Positions 41,366 through 50,654 of a stretch of DNA of 64,000 nucleotides are shown one piece after another. The notes under the pieces were generated by a model, which made no database searches, was not told where the DNA came from, and saw only the letters and a list, made by a program, of their open reading frames with translations. The position numbers and the translations under genes are program-made. This stretch comes from a bacterium (GTDB lineage Bacteria; Electryoneota; Electryoneia; Electryoneales; Electryoneaceae). The stretch is taken from the NCBI GenBank assembly GCA_963669175.1, contig OY769902.1, forward strand, positions 2,677,586 to 2,741,585. The letters run 5' to 3'. Position 1 is the first letter of the stretch. Each line of letters begins with the position of its first letter.

Positions 41366-41593
41366 AGTGCGGGAATGGAAAGAAGCCTCTTAGCGTTAAA
41401 AGCAATTCCTTTTCATTCCTGCAATTAGTACTCATTGTGCGTACAATAATAAAGGTGTTCCGGGAGGGGTGACTGGGATAATTATCACAAGGATCCTTAC
41501 CGGGAATTTCCCACCAGCACCTGGAGCCGGGTGAGTAAGTGGTTCGATCCATCATGCCTGATGCAATGGATCATTAGCAAGGGAGGAGTGGCT

Positions 41594-42070
41594 ATGCAGG
41601 TACATCGTCAACACAAGAACGTGCTCCTGGGACTGCTGCTATTCTGTTTGTTGCCCATCGTGTCTTTCGCGAATGTCCTGACCGTGGATGAGGTCATGGC
41701 GGGTGATTTCCTCCGTTTCGGTGACTGGAAAACTCATATCACCGGAATAACAGCGCCGGCCCCTGATACGGAATGGGGCAAGGTTGCGCTTGATTTTGCC
41801 ATCGAGACGCTTCAAGGCAAGGCAGTGAAAGTCTTTACCCTGACCACCAACAACACCGCTGCCGGGATCGTATACGGGGAAGATGGGAATGCCTTCGCTA
41901 CGATCCTCTGTGGTGAGAACCGTGACCAGGATTTCGCCGTTCTGTTACTGGAACGTGGGCTGGCCAAAGTGAACACCGAAACCCTGCAGGAGGACCAGCA
42001 GAATTACCTCGAGGTCGAGAAAAAAGCCCGAGATAAGAAACTCGGGTTATGGTCCGACGAAACAGAATAA
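41594..42070 (+). CDS. Secreted staphylococcal-nuclease (SNase/thermonuclease)-like protein
   Basis: Signal peptide (LLGLLLFCLLPIVSFA) with RBS gggaggag. C-terminal ...ARDKKLGLWSDE matches the thermonuclease family signature ...KKLGLWS. The Ca-site/catalytic region (GDFLRFGDWKTHITGITAPAPDTEW) is divergent. Confidence 0.55.
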   Translation: MQVHRQHKNVLLGLLLFCLLPIVSFANVLTVDEVMAGDFLRFGDWKTHITGITAPAPDTEWGKVALDFAIETLQGKAVKVFTLTTNNTAAGIVYGEDGNAFATILCGENRDQDFAVLLLERGLAKVNTETLQEDQQNYLEVEKKARDKKLGLWSDETE

Positions 42071-42085
42071 AATTCCGATCCAATT

Positions 42086-43567
42086 TTATCCCTGCTTATC
42101 GATCACCTTTTTGAAATGGAAGCCATAGATCATAAAGGTGATCGCCAAGGGGAACATACGTGGCGAATGAGCCAGCGTACCGAACAGCATTTTCCAGAAA
42201 TACTGGCGTCCCCTGTCGATAATTCCCAGGAAGAATATCGATTTAAAAAACGCCCCGATATAAGAGAAACGGAATGATGCTTTCTTCTTCAAGGCTGGTT
42301 TATAGTCCTTGAAAAAGGTGATTACACGGTGGTAAAAGGACTCACTGCTGTAGATCGATTGCAGGACTTCACGGTAACCGTTGACCAGATCCTTCTGTTC
42401 CATTTTAGGCACGAAATTAATCGTCATGTCCATGTTGTCGCCGGTATGATCGCCCAACAGACGTCCCTCATCTTTCATACGGTGATACAGGCGTGTGCCT
42501 TTGGGAGCGTTCAACAGGCCGACCATGGCGGTTACGATTCCGCTTTCCTGGATAAAGGCGCTGAGCCGTTTGAAGATGGTCTCCTGGTCACTGTCAAAGC
42601 CGAGGATAAAACCGCCCTTGACCATGAGCCCCGCTTGGTGAATCCTGCGTACCGCTGCGACCAGATCACGGTTCTGATTCTGGACCTTGTTGCACTCGGC
42701 AAGGCTGCTCTCCTCAACAGTTTCGATGCCCACGAATACAGACCCGAATCCCGCATCCACCATGGCTTTCATCAACTCAGGATCGTCCGCAAGATTGATA
42801 CTGGATTCTGTGGAGAAGGTGAAGGGAAAATCACGCTTCCGGTTCCAGGCATGGATAGCGGGAAGGATACTGCGTTTCAGCTTGTTTTTGTTGCCGATAA
42901 AGTTGTCATCTACAAAGAAAACACTTCCATGCCAACCGAGCTTGTACAATGTATCCAGTTCATCCAGTAGCTGGTACTCGGATTTCGTTCGCACCTTTCG
43001 GCCATACAGGTTGGAAATATCACAGAAATCACAGTCGTAGGGGCAACCACGCGAATACTGAATATCCATCACGGCATACTTGTTCAAGCGTAACAATTCC
43101 CAGGATGGAATCGGTGAATCTGCCAGGACAACAGGAGCATCCGCTTTGTAAATATGGTTCGGTGTACCATTCTTAAGATCACGCAGGAATGCAGGGAAAA
43201 CCGTTTCCGCTTCACTCAGGAAAAGATAGTCTACATCATCAAACTCATCATAATCACTCATGAACAGGGGACCGCCTGCAACAATTTTCCTGTCAAGGCT
43301 GTGAATTCGTTCAATGACCTGCCGTACCGAGTCTTTCTGAATGGACATGGCGCTGATAAACACCAGGTCCGCCCATTCGATATCCTTGTTGCGCAAAGGG
43401 CTGACCTTCATGTCAACCAGCTTCTTCTCCCAGTGTTTCGGGAGCATGGCGGCAACAGTCAGCAGCCCGAGAGGAGGTTCATTTGCTTTCTTGGCAATGA
43501 AACGCAGGGCATGCTTGAAACTCCAGAAAGTGTCCGGGTGCTCAGGGTAGACAAGCAGAATATTCAT
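42086..43567 (-). CDS. B12-binding radical SAM protein (class B, DUF4070-type C-terminus)
   Basis: N-terminal cobalamin-binding Rossmann-like domain. CxxxCxxC radical-SAM cluster motif SRGCPYDCDFCDIS. 493 aa. Confidence 0.85.
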   Translation of the reverse strand: MNILLVYPEHPDTFWSFKHALRFIAKKANEPPLGLLTVAAMLPKHWEKKLVDMKVSPLRNKDIEWADLVFISAMSIQKDSVRQVIERIHSLDRKIVAGGPLFMSDYDEFDDVDYLFLSEAETVFPAFLRDLKNGTPNHIYKADAPVVLADSPIPSWELLRLNKYAVMDIQYSRGCPYDCDFCDISNLYGRKVRTKSEYQLLDELDTLYKLGWHGSVFFVDDNFIGNKNKLKRSILPAIHAWNRKRDFPFTFSTESSINLADDPELMKAMVDAGFGSVFVGIETVEESSLAECNKVQNQNRDLVAAVRRIHQAGLMVKGGFILGFDSDQETIFKRLSAFIQESGIVTAMVGLLNAPKGTRLYHRMKDEGRLLGDHTGDNMDMTINFVPKMEQKDLVNGYREVLQSIYSSESFYHRVITFFKDYKPALKKKASFRFSYIGAFFKSIFFLGIIDRGRQYFWKMLFGTLAHSPRMFPLAITFMIYGFHFKKVIDKQG

Positions 43568-43577
43568 AGCGCAATCC

Positions 43578-44174
43578 TCACAGCGATGTATTCCCGTTCA
43601 GGTTGTAAACACCCTTGGTGAAAGTATCTACCATCAGGCCAACAATTTCTTCAGTAGCAATGGTGAAGTCTTCCAGCGCCCAGGAAAACTCGACCGGTTT
43701 CAGGGAAATCATCAGCACATGCGCCAGTAATGCCGTATTCTCGATGCTGGTTTCACCTGTTTTATTCCCATGTTTCAGGATTTTTTCGATGATGGCGCGC
43801 TCCTCCAGCATCATACGGTCACGCGCTTCCTTGATGAAAGGCCAGTGATAATCCCAGCTATCACGTGTTACTTTATAAAAATTGGTCAAATGCTGAATAT
43901 TATTTATTTTGGTTAGTAGGAAAGCATAGAACATGTCCCGAACTGTTGAAGCGGCGGCGATGGATTCATTGATTCGCGCTATCATGGTATCGGTTTCCAG
44001 ATCGACAATCGAAATGAAGATGGCCTCCTTGTTTCTATATGATTTATAGATCGTTGTTTTCGATACCTGCGCTTCCCGGGCGATGTCATCAACCGTAACC
44101 CGCTTTAATCCGAACTGACTGAACAGCTTCTGCGATATTGCCAGTATTTTTTTTTCTGCTGAAGGGGTATCCAT
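43578..44174 (-). CDS. TetR/AcrR-family transcriptional regulator
   Basis: HTH ...LFSQFGLKRVTVDDIAREAQVSKTTIYKSYRNKEAIF... Start moved to Met at 44174 (RBS aggag). 4 nt separate it from the rSAM gene downstream, so they are probably co-transcribed. Confidence 0.8.
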   Translation of the reverse strand: MDTPSAEKKILAISQKLFSQFGLKRVTVDDIAREAQVSKTTIYKSYRNKEAIFISIVDLETDTMIARINESIAAASTVRDMFYAFLLTKINNIQHLTNFYKVTRDSWDYHWPFIKEARDRMMLEERAIIEKILKHGNKTGETSIENTALLAHVLMISLKPVEFSWALEDFTIATEEIVGLMVDTFTKGVYNLNGNTSL

Positions 44175-44310
44175 CCTGATTCTCCTGAACATAGTACGAT
44201 ATGGTTAAATTACGTACTGCCGTATCGAAACGCAACAGGTAGACTCGTTTGACTCTCAGAAAGAATACCGCAATATGTAATCCCTGCCTGCATTGGCGAA
44301 TTGCGAGGAA

Positions 44311-44348
44311 CAAAAAAAGCGGTCCGAATCATTTGATCCGAACCGCTG
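44311..44348 (-). terminator. Rho-independent terminator of the FKBP gene pair (minus strand)
   Basis: Minus-strand reading: cAGCGGTTCGGATCAaatgaTTCGGACCGCTTTTTTTG. Confidence 0.65.
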
Positions 44349-44369
44349 AATATGACTTTGCTAAGGAAA

Positions 44370-44885
44370 CTATTTAAAATCCACCAGCTCCACGTAGAAA
44401 ATCAGGGTAGCGTTCTGGGGGATTACGGGCGGATAGCCGCGCTGGCCGTAACCGAGTTCCGGTGGGATACGGAGGACGCGTTTTTCGCCGCGTTTCATGC
44501 CTTCGATGCCCATGTCCCAGCCACGGATGACCTGGCCTGCGCCAAGCTTGAAGACCAGGGCTTCACCACGGGGGATGGAGCTGTCGAAACGGTTGCCGTC
44601 AACCAGCCAGCCGGTATAGTGCATGCTGGTCATGGCGCCTGCGGCTACGGGATCGCCTGTTCCTTCTTTCAATACTGTGTATTCTGGTCCATTCTGGATT
44701 TGTTGCCAGGTAAATGAATCGAGATCCGGCATCACCAGGGGATCGTTCTGCGTCATGGTTGTTTCCTCGTTTTGTGTCTTGGCCTGCGCTTCAACTTCCT
44801 TAGTGCCTGCGTCGGTTTTTGCCTTGCAACCGACCAGCAACAGACCGACCAGCAACAAGGGGATGACCACAAATGTGGTACGCAT
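44370..44885 (-). CDS. FKBP-type peptidyl-prolyl cis-trans isomerase (lipoprotein)
   Basis: Lipobox LLLVGCKA. FKBP signature ...YTGWLVDGNRFDSS...GAGQVIRGWDMGIEGMKRGEKRVLRIPPELGYG. Confidence 0.85.
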   Translation of the reverse strand: MRTTFVVIPLLLVGLLLVGCKAKTDAGTKEVEAQAKTQNEETTMTQNDPLVMPDLDSFTWQQIQNGPEYTVLKEGTGDPVAAGAMTSMHYTGWLVDGNRFDSSIPRGEALVFKLGAGQVIRGWDMGIEGMKRGEKRVLRIPPELGYGQRGYPPVIPQNATLIFYVELVDFK

Positions 44886-44895
44886 AGTATACTCC

Positions 44896-45387
44896 TTACT
44901 TGATCTGTTTCACTTCAATGAAGAAATAAAGAGAGGCATTTGGTGGCACTTTTCCTCTTCCGCCTGAGCCATAGCCGAGTTCTGCCGGAATCATCATGAA
45001 GCGTTTGTCGCCGACACGCATGCCCGTAATTCCTTCATGCCAGCCCTGGATAACCGAAGATTTTCCAATGGTGAACTCGAAAGGTTCATTGCGTTCATAA
45101 CTGTTGTCAATGCGTCTCGAATTGGAAAGCCAGAGGACGTAGTTTACGACAACCGCATCTCCTTCACGGGCGGCTGGGCCATCCCCTTCATCCAGATCAA
45201 CATACTGGATTCCGTTCAACATCGTATGTTCGAAATAGAGGGAATCCAGGCTGGGCATCCGTTGAATTTCAAAGATGCGTTTCAGAAACATCTCTTTGTT
45301 TTCTTCAGTGTTGACTTTTTTCCCGCCACCACAACCAATCGCAAGCAGCAGTATAATACCTGTCAGCAGTACAAGACTCTTACGCAT
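44896..45387 (-). CDS. FKBP-type peptidyl-prolyl cis-trans isomerase (lipoprotein), second copy
   Basis: Lipobox LLAIGCGG. ...VNYVLWLSNSRRIDNS...VIQGWHEGITGMRVGDKRFMMIPAELGYGSGG. Confidence 0.85.
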   Translation of the reverse strand: MRKSLVLLTGIILLLAIGCGGGKKVNTEENKEMFLKRIFEIQRMPSLDSLYFEHTMLNGIQYVDLDEGDGPAAREGDAVVVNYVLWLSNSRRIDNSYERNEPFEFTIGKSSVIQGWHEGITGMRVGDKRFMMIPAELGYGSGGRGKVPPNASLYFFIEVKQIK

Positions 45388-45410
45388 GGCAACTCCTCCC
45401 CAATGCTATC

Positions 45411-46631
45411 TTATGGATTATCGCGCCAGTTTGTCGGCAGCAATCCTTCTTCTTCAGCCAATCGGATAATGCGCACAGCACGCTTTACTACAGGCGGATC
45501 AATCATTTTACTGCCAAGACTGACCACGCCAAGTCCTTCCGCTTCCGCCTTTTCAAAGGCAATAGTGATTTTCTTCGCTTTTTCAATCTCATCGGCTGAA
45601 GGGGCAAAGCCTTCATGCACGACCTGGATCTGGCGTGGATGAATACAGCCTTTGCCTTCGAAACCGAGCGATTTCGCTTCGAGTACAGATTCGCGCAGGG
45701 CGTCCATATCGGATACATCTGAAAATACCGTATCAATCGGTTGGACACCGGCTGCACGAGCGCCGTTTAATACCTGGGCGCGTGCCCAGAAGCTTTCTGT
45801 TCCTGCATTGGTACGTTGTGCCCCGATATCGGCGGTATAGTCTTCAAGTCCGATTGCCAGGGATACGACAGTCTCATGCGCCGAAGCGATTTCATAGGCG
45901 AACCAGGCGCCTTTCGCAGATTCAATAATCGGCATCAGCCAGATCTGATAGTCCTTCTCTTCACGTTTCAGGATATCAGCAATGGCATCGGCAACTACCT
46001 GAACCTGCTGTGGTGATTCCACTTTTGGTAACAGGACAAGCTGCACACCGTGTGTTACGATCCAGTTAAGATCTTCGAGGCCACGTTCCCCCTGGTTGAT
46101 CCGCACCATACGTTCGCAATTCATGAAATCCAGGGCACGCAAGCCGTTACGCACCATCACCCGTGCGGCATCTTTTTCCGAAGGCGCTACCGAATCCTCG
46201 AGATCCAGGATCACACCATCTGGATTGTGCAAAGGAGCATTGAGCATGAACTTCGGGCTGTTACCCGGCAGGTAGAGACGGGATCTACGGTTCTGTTTCG
46301 GCAGGGAAGGGGCGGGTGTTGTAAACAGAACCGGCAGCCACGGGGTCATATTCTGATCCGGTAGCGCCCTGCGTATTGCCGTTTCAATACGTGCCATGAG
46401 GACAAAGGGCACTGCGCCCTGATCTTCAACCACGACATGGGCGTGTTCAATACCGAAATGTTTCAGGCCTGCTTCAACCAGTTCACGGTTCTGTTTGCCA
46501 TATTGCACATCTACTTTGCTTGTCAGATCCAAGGTAATGCCGCCCTGATCCTTTATCGTAATCTCAACCCAGGCGTCGGACCGGACACTGCTGCCACGCT
46601 GTCCTGCCTGGCCAATTCCTGCGCTCATCAT
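45411..46631 (-). CDS. Fusion protein: citrate-lyase acyl-carrier (CitD)-like N-terminal domain plus citrate-lyase beta / citryl-CoA-lyase (CitE, HpcH/HpaI aldolase family) domain
   Basis: The N-terminal 95 aa align with CitD (AG...S.....EI / ..DQGAVPFVLMARIETAI). The remainder (LYLPGNSPKFMLNAPLHNPDGVILDLEDSVAP..KD.AR...VRIN..E) is the CitE/HpcH-HpaI TIM-barrel with DLED and E..D metal ligands. Confidence 0.7.
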   Translation of the reverse strand: MMSAGIGQAGQRGSSVRSDAWVEITIKDQGGITLDLTSKVDVQYGKQNRELVEAGLKHFGIEHAHVVVEDQGAVPFVLMARIETAIRRALPDQNMTPWLPVLFTTPAPSLPKQNRRSRLYLPGNSPKFMLNAPLHNPDGVILDLEDSVAPSEKDAARVMVRNGLRALDFMNCERMVRINQGERGLEDLNWIVTHGVQLVLLPKVESPQQVQVVADAIADILKREEKDYQIWLMPIIESAKGAWFAYEIASAHETVVSLAIGLEDYTADIGAQRTNAGTESFWARAQVLNGARAAGVQPIDTVFSDVSDMDALRESVLEAKSLGFEGKGCIHPRQIQVVHEGFAPSADEIEKAKKITIAFEKAEAEGLGVVSLGSKMIDPPVVKRAVRIIRLAEEEGLLPTNWRDNP

Positions 46632-46814
46632 CTATCCTGTAGGTTTTTTCTCGTGAATCATTCCACAGTGGAAGATACAACGAGCAATGCAGGGGATAAA
46701 GGGAGAGGCATGGGTTCAATCAGGATTGGTTGGGAATGACTCTTGTCCCCGGAGTCAGAAGCAGCTAGATTCATTTCGTAATGTTATCCAGCTTTGTGAA
46801 AGGAAAACCTCGTC

Positions 46815-47024
46815 ATGAGATGGCCGTGGTCGAAAAAGCCTGAGAGGATGGGTATTATAGCACTGATCTTTGCCTCGCTGGCCGTGCTGGTGGGGGTATA
46901 TCGTGCGGAACGAACAGTCCCCATGATGACCTCGGGCATTACGGTAAAAAACCTGACTCGTTTCGGGAAATGGGCCAAAGCGACTGCGGAACGTCTGCAG
47001 CGTGATGGTATCAAGGTGAATTGA
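46815..47024 (+). CDS. Hypothetical small membrane protein (69 aa)
   Basis: One predicted TM helix (IIALIFASLAVLVGV). 6 nt before the next gene on the same strand. Confidence 0.3.
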   Translation: MRWPWSKKPERMGIIALIFASLAVLVGVYRAERTVPMMTSGITVKNLTRFGKWAKATAERLQRDGIKVN

Positions 47025-47030
47025 TCCCCA

Positions 47031-47828
47031 ATGTCTGTTCTCGCCTGGATTTTACTGGTTGATACTCTCCTGGTTGTTATCCTCATGTTGTCTGACCGGA
47101 TTCTTCAAGCGGTCAATCGTCCACCCGGACTTCTGTTTGATGCGGTTCAACTTTGGGCGGCGTTGCTGGGTGTGATACTTCACGCCGGCTGGCAATGGGG
47201 ATGGTTGTGGTTGCTGAAATTTTCTGTTATAAGCATTGTATTACCCTATGTTTGTGAATTTCTCGGTCAGAAGACAGGTTTTCCATTCGGGAGATATCAG
47301 TATACGGAGAAAGCTGGTCCAAAGCTTCCGGGCAGTATTCCTGTTGCCGTGGTATTGATGTGGTGGGGCTTGTTGTATGTGACATTTTCTTCCGGTCTGC
47401 TCTGCTCGAGCCTGATACCGGTTTTTAATGTGGATGTTGTGACAATATTTTTCGCGTCCATTCTGCTTGTGGGATGGGATTTAACCGGTGATCCGGTTGC
47501 GGTTCATGCCGGGATGTGGGTGTGGGAGAAACCGCGAGGCTGGTACGGGATTCCATGGAGCAACTTTGCCGGCTGGTTCGGTGTCAGTGTGTTTACCATG
47601 ATGATATTCCGACTGGTAAATGGTCCCTTTGCGCTTTCTATTGAAAATACAAGGCATAACGCGGATTTCTATCTGTCGCTGGTGCCGTTGATTTTGCTGG
47701 GCGTATTGTATTTCAACTACATGGGCGCTGCTTGCAGACGTAGGCTGAGAGGTCCGGGAGTCACGGCCCTGATTTTCGGTTTCGGAATAGTTACAGCATG
47801 TGTTGCACTGAAGCTGAACTTATTGTAG
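47031..47828 (+). CDS. Polytopic membrane protein, carotenoid-biosynthesis-protein-like (DUF422/PF04240-type)
   Basis: 265 aa with 6-7 TM helices. Block ...LPYVCEFLGQKTGFPFGRYQYTEKAGPKLPGSIPVAVVLMWW... resembles the PF04240 core. Confidence 0.5.
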   Translation: MSVLAWILLVDTLLVVILMLSDRILQAVNRPPGLLFDAVQLWAALLGVILHAGWQWGWLWLLKFSVISIVLPYVCEFLGQKTGFPFGRYQYTEKAGPKLPGSIPVAVVLMWWGLLYVTFSSGLLCSSLIPVFNVDVVTIFFASILLVGWDLTGDPVAVHAGMWVWEKPRGWYGIPWSNFAGWFGVSVFTMMIFRLVNGPFALSIENTRHNADFYLSLVPLILLGVLYFNYMGAACRRRLRGPGVTALIFGFGIVTACVALKLNLL

Positions 47829-48052
47829 AAATGCAATAACTGATACTAAAAGACCTACAGATTAAGCGTTATTGACATTTCAGCGAACTTCGCAGTTTCA
47901 GGATTCCAAGCTCCTTTTCTTTCAACGGGATAAGTTCATTCTATAATACAATGAAAAAGAGCATCACAAGCATTTGGAATTTGTGAAAAAAAGTGATAAA
48001 TTGGCCTATCTCAAGAAGACCGTACAAGGAACATAGGAACCCTGATCCACCC

Positions 48053-50638
48053 ATGAACTTGAACTCCATTGGTGAACGGATAAAAGAAGTCCCCCTCGAG
48101 GAGGAAATGAAGCATTCCTACCTCGATTACTCGATGTCAGTAATCGTGTCTCGAGCGCTCCCGGATGTACGCGACGGAATGAAACCGGTCCATCGCCGTA
48201 TTCTGTTCGGGATGCATGAAATGGGCATGCTTCACAACCGGGCTTATAAGAAATCCGCACGTATTGTCGGTGATGTCATGGGTAAGTATCACCCCCATGG
48301 CGACTCGGCGATTTATGATGCCGTTGTGCGTATGGCGCAGGATTTCAGCCTGCGCTACCCGTTGGTTGACGGCCAGGGGAACTTCGGCAGCATTGACGGT
48401 GACGGCGCAGCGGCCATGCGTTATACAGAAGCCCGTCTTGCCAAGATCGCTGAAGAAGCGCTTGAAGATATTGGCAAAGAGACTGTCGATTTCGTAAGCA
48501 ATTACGATGATAGTATGCAGGAACCTTCCGTACTGCCTTCCAAGCTGCCGAACCTGCTGATCAATGGTGTTGGCGGTATTGCTGTCGGCATGGCGACAAA
48601 CATTCCCCCGCATAACCTGGGGGAAGTGATTGACGCCTGTTGTCACCTGATTGACAATCCGGAATGTGAGATTGACGACCTGATGAGGTTTGTGGTCGCC
48701 CCGGATTTCCCGACAGGCGGTATCATTTACGGTATCACAGGTGTACGGGAAGGGTATCGCACCGGTCGCGGACGTGTCATCATCCGTGCAAAAGCGCATA
48801 TCGAAGAAGACAAGCGCGGCAAAGAGAAAATTGTTGTCACGGAGATTCCATACCAGGTCAACAAAGCTGTCCTGGCCGAGAAAATTGCCGCCCTGGTCAA
48901 TGAAAAGAAGATCGAAGGCATCAGCGATATTCGTGACGAGTCGGACCGTGATGGTATCCGCCTGGTTATCGAGCTGAAGAAGGATGCTTACGGCGCGGTC
49001 ATACTGAACCAGTTGTACAAGATGACCAGCCTGCAATCCAGTTTCGGTATCAACATGATCGCGTTGGATCATGGTGCTCCGAAGCTGATGAACCTGAAGA
49101 CCATTCTTCAGAAGTTTGTCGAGCATCGTCATGAAGTGGTGCTGCGCCGGACGAATTTCGACCTGCGTAAAGCCAAAGAGCGTGAACATATTCTCGAAGG
49201 TTTGAAAATTGCGGTCGACAATATTGACCGTGTCATTCAGATTATTCGACAATCCAGTGGTCCAGAGACAGCGCGCATTGCGTTAATGGAAGAATTTGCT
49301 CTTTCAGATCTCCAGGCCAAGGCGATTCTGGACATGCGTCTGGCCAAACTGACCGGACTGGAAATTCAGAAACTGGAAGAAGAGCTGAAAGCCATTCGTG
49401 AATTGATCTCAGAGTTGGAACGGATTCTGGCATCACGTGATTTGCGGATGGAAATCATCAAAGATGAGCTGAAGGATCTGGAAGAACGCTACGGCGATGA
49501 GCGTCGCACGGAAGTCGTGAAGCATTACGAAGAATTCACCGTGGAAGACATGATCGCCGAAGAAGATATGGTCGTAACCATCAGCCATGCCGGTTACATC
49601 AAACGTCAGCCTGTGACCAGCTATCGTAAGCAGGGACGGGGAGGACGTGGCAAGACAGGCGCTACGATCAAAGATGAAGATTTCATCGAGCACCTGCTGG
49701 TGGCCAGTACTCACGAGTACATGCTGTTCTTCACGGACAAGGGCCAGATACACTGGTTGAAGGTGTACGACATTCCGCAGTTGGGACGATTGAGCAAGGG
49801 CAAAGCGTTGGTAAACCTGCTCGAGCTTGGTCCTGACCAGAAACTTGCGGCGTTCGTGTCGGTGAAAGAGTTTGTTGAGGGGCAGTATATCCTGTTGTGT
49901 TCACGGCAGGGCATTGTCAAGAAGACAGAGCTGACCGCTTACTCCAACCCGCGTCGTGGTGGCATTATCGCCATGAATATTCGTGACGACGACGAGTTGC
50001 TGGGCGCTTCCATCACGGACGGTGATTGCGAGGTTATCCTCGGTACCAGTGGTGGCAAGGCGGTTCGTTTCCGTGAAACCGATGTGCGTGCCATGGGGCG
50101 TACAGCGGCTGGTGTTATCGGTGTGAACCTGCCAAAGGGCCAGGAAGTGGTAGGCATGGTCGTCGTCAGGCGCGCCGGTACACTCCTGGTAGTCACGGAT
50201 AGAGGCTTCGGCAAGCGTTCCGATATCGCGGATTATCGCTTGACCAAACGTGGCGCTGGCGGTGTGCTGACATTGAAGACTTCTCCGAAGGTTGGCAACA
50301 TGATGTCAATTATGGAGGTGGTCGATGATGATGACCTGATGATTATCACCCAGAAGGGCGTGATGATCAGGTTGTCGATGAAGGATGTCCGAGTCATTGG
50401 TCGTGCGACGCAGGGTGTAAGGTTGATCCGCTTGGATGAAAACGACCAGATATCCTCGATTGCGCGTGTCATGAAGCAGGATGATTCGAACAAGAAACTG
50501 GATGAAAACGATAACGACGATATCCTCGACACCATCGAAGAGCCGTTGGAAGAAGATGGCGAGAATCAGGATGAGGGCGAGGATTCAGGGCCGGAAGAGG
50601 AAGAAGATGCCGGTCCGGAGGAGGACGAGAACTCCTAA
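48053..50638 (+). CDS. gyrA: DNA gyrase subunit A
   Basis: Active-site region ...[10 protein letters not shown]... Conserved N-terminus ...[29 protein letters not shown]. GyrA-box [13 protein letters not shown] in the C-terminal beta-pinwheel. Acidic C-terminal tail. Confidence 0.9.
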   Translation: MNLNSIGERIKEVPLEEEMKHSYLDYSMSVIVSRALPDVRDGMKPVHRRILFGMHEMGMLHNRAYKKSARIVGDVMGKYHPHGDSAIYDAVVRMAQDFSLRYPLVDGQGNFGSIDGDGAAAMRYTEARLAKIAEEALEDIGKETVDFVSNYDDSMQEPSVLPSKLPNLLINGVGGIAVGMATNIPPHNLGEVIDACCHLIDNPECEIDDLMRFVVAPDFPTGGIIYGITGVREGYRTGRGRVIIRAKAHIEEDKRGKEKIVVTEIPYQVNKAVLAEKIAALVNEKKIEGISDIRDESDRDGIRLVIELKKDAYGAVILNQLYKMTSLQSSFGINMIALDHGAPKLMNLKTILQKFVEHRHEVVLRRTNFDLRKAKEREHILEGLKIAVDNIDRVIQIIRQSSGPETARIALMEEFALSDLQAKAILDMRLAKLTGLEIQKLEEELKAIRELISELERILASRDLRMEIIKDELKDLEERYGDERRTEVVKHYEEFTVEDMIAEEDMVVTISHAGYIKRQPVTSYRKQGRGGRGKTGATIKDEDFIEHLLVASTHEYMLFFTDKGQIHWLKVYDIPQLGRLSKGKALVNLLELGPDQKLAAFVSVKEFVEGQYILLCSRQGIVKKTELTAYSNPRRGGIIAMNIRDDDELLGASITDGDCEVILGTSGGKAVRFRETDVRAMGRTAAGVIGVNLPKGQEVVGMVVVRRAGTLLVVTDRGFGKRSDIADYRLTKRGAGGVLTLKTSPKVGNMMSIMEVVDDDDLMIITQKGVMIRLSMKDVRVIGRATQGVRLIRLDENDQISSIARVMKQDDSNKKLDENDNDDILDTIEEPLEEDGENQDEGEDSGPEEEEDAGPEEDENS

Positions 50639-50654
50639 GCATTGAGGTGAAGCT

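Noticed and set aside
40697-41555. Track ORFs 40697-41125 (-), 40842-41555 (-) and 41183-41428 (+) of 81-237 aa
   Set aside because: They are translations of the tandem repeat array (periodic MSSP.../GMT.YM peptides), have no RBS or signal, and overlap each other. I treat them as repeat artefacts.
47860-47960. Sigma70-like promoter for gyrA (TTGACA at about 47871; TTTCAA-N16-TATAAT at about 47930-47956)
   Set aside because: The hexamers are individually plausible, but spacing to a matching partner is ambiguous and the organism's promoter consensus is unknown. Not reported as a feature.
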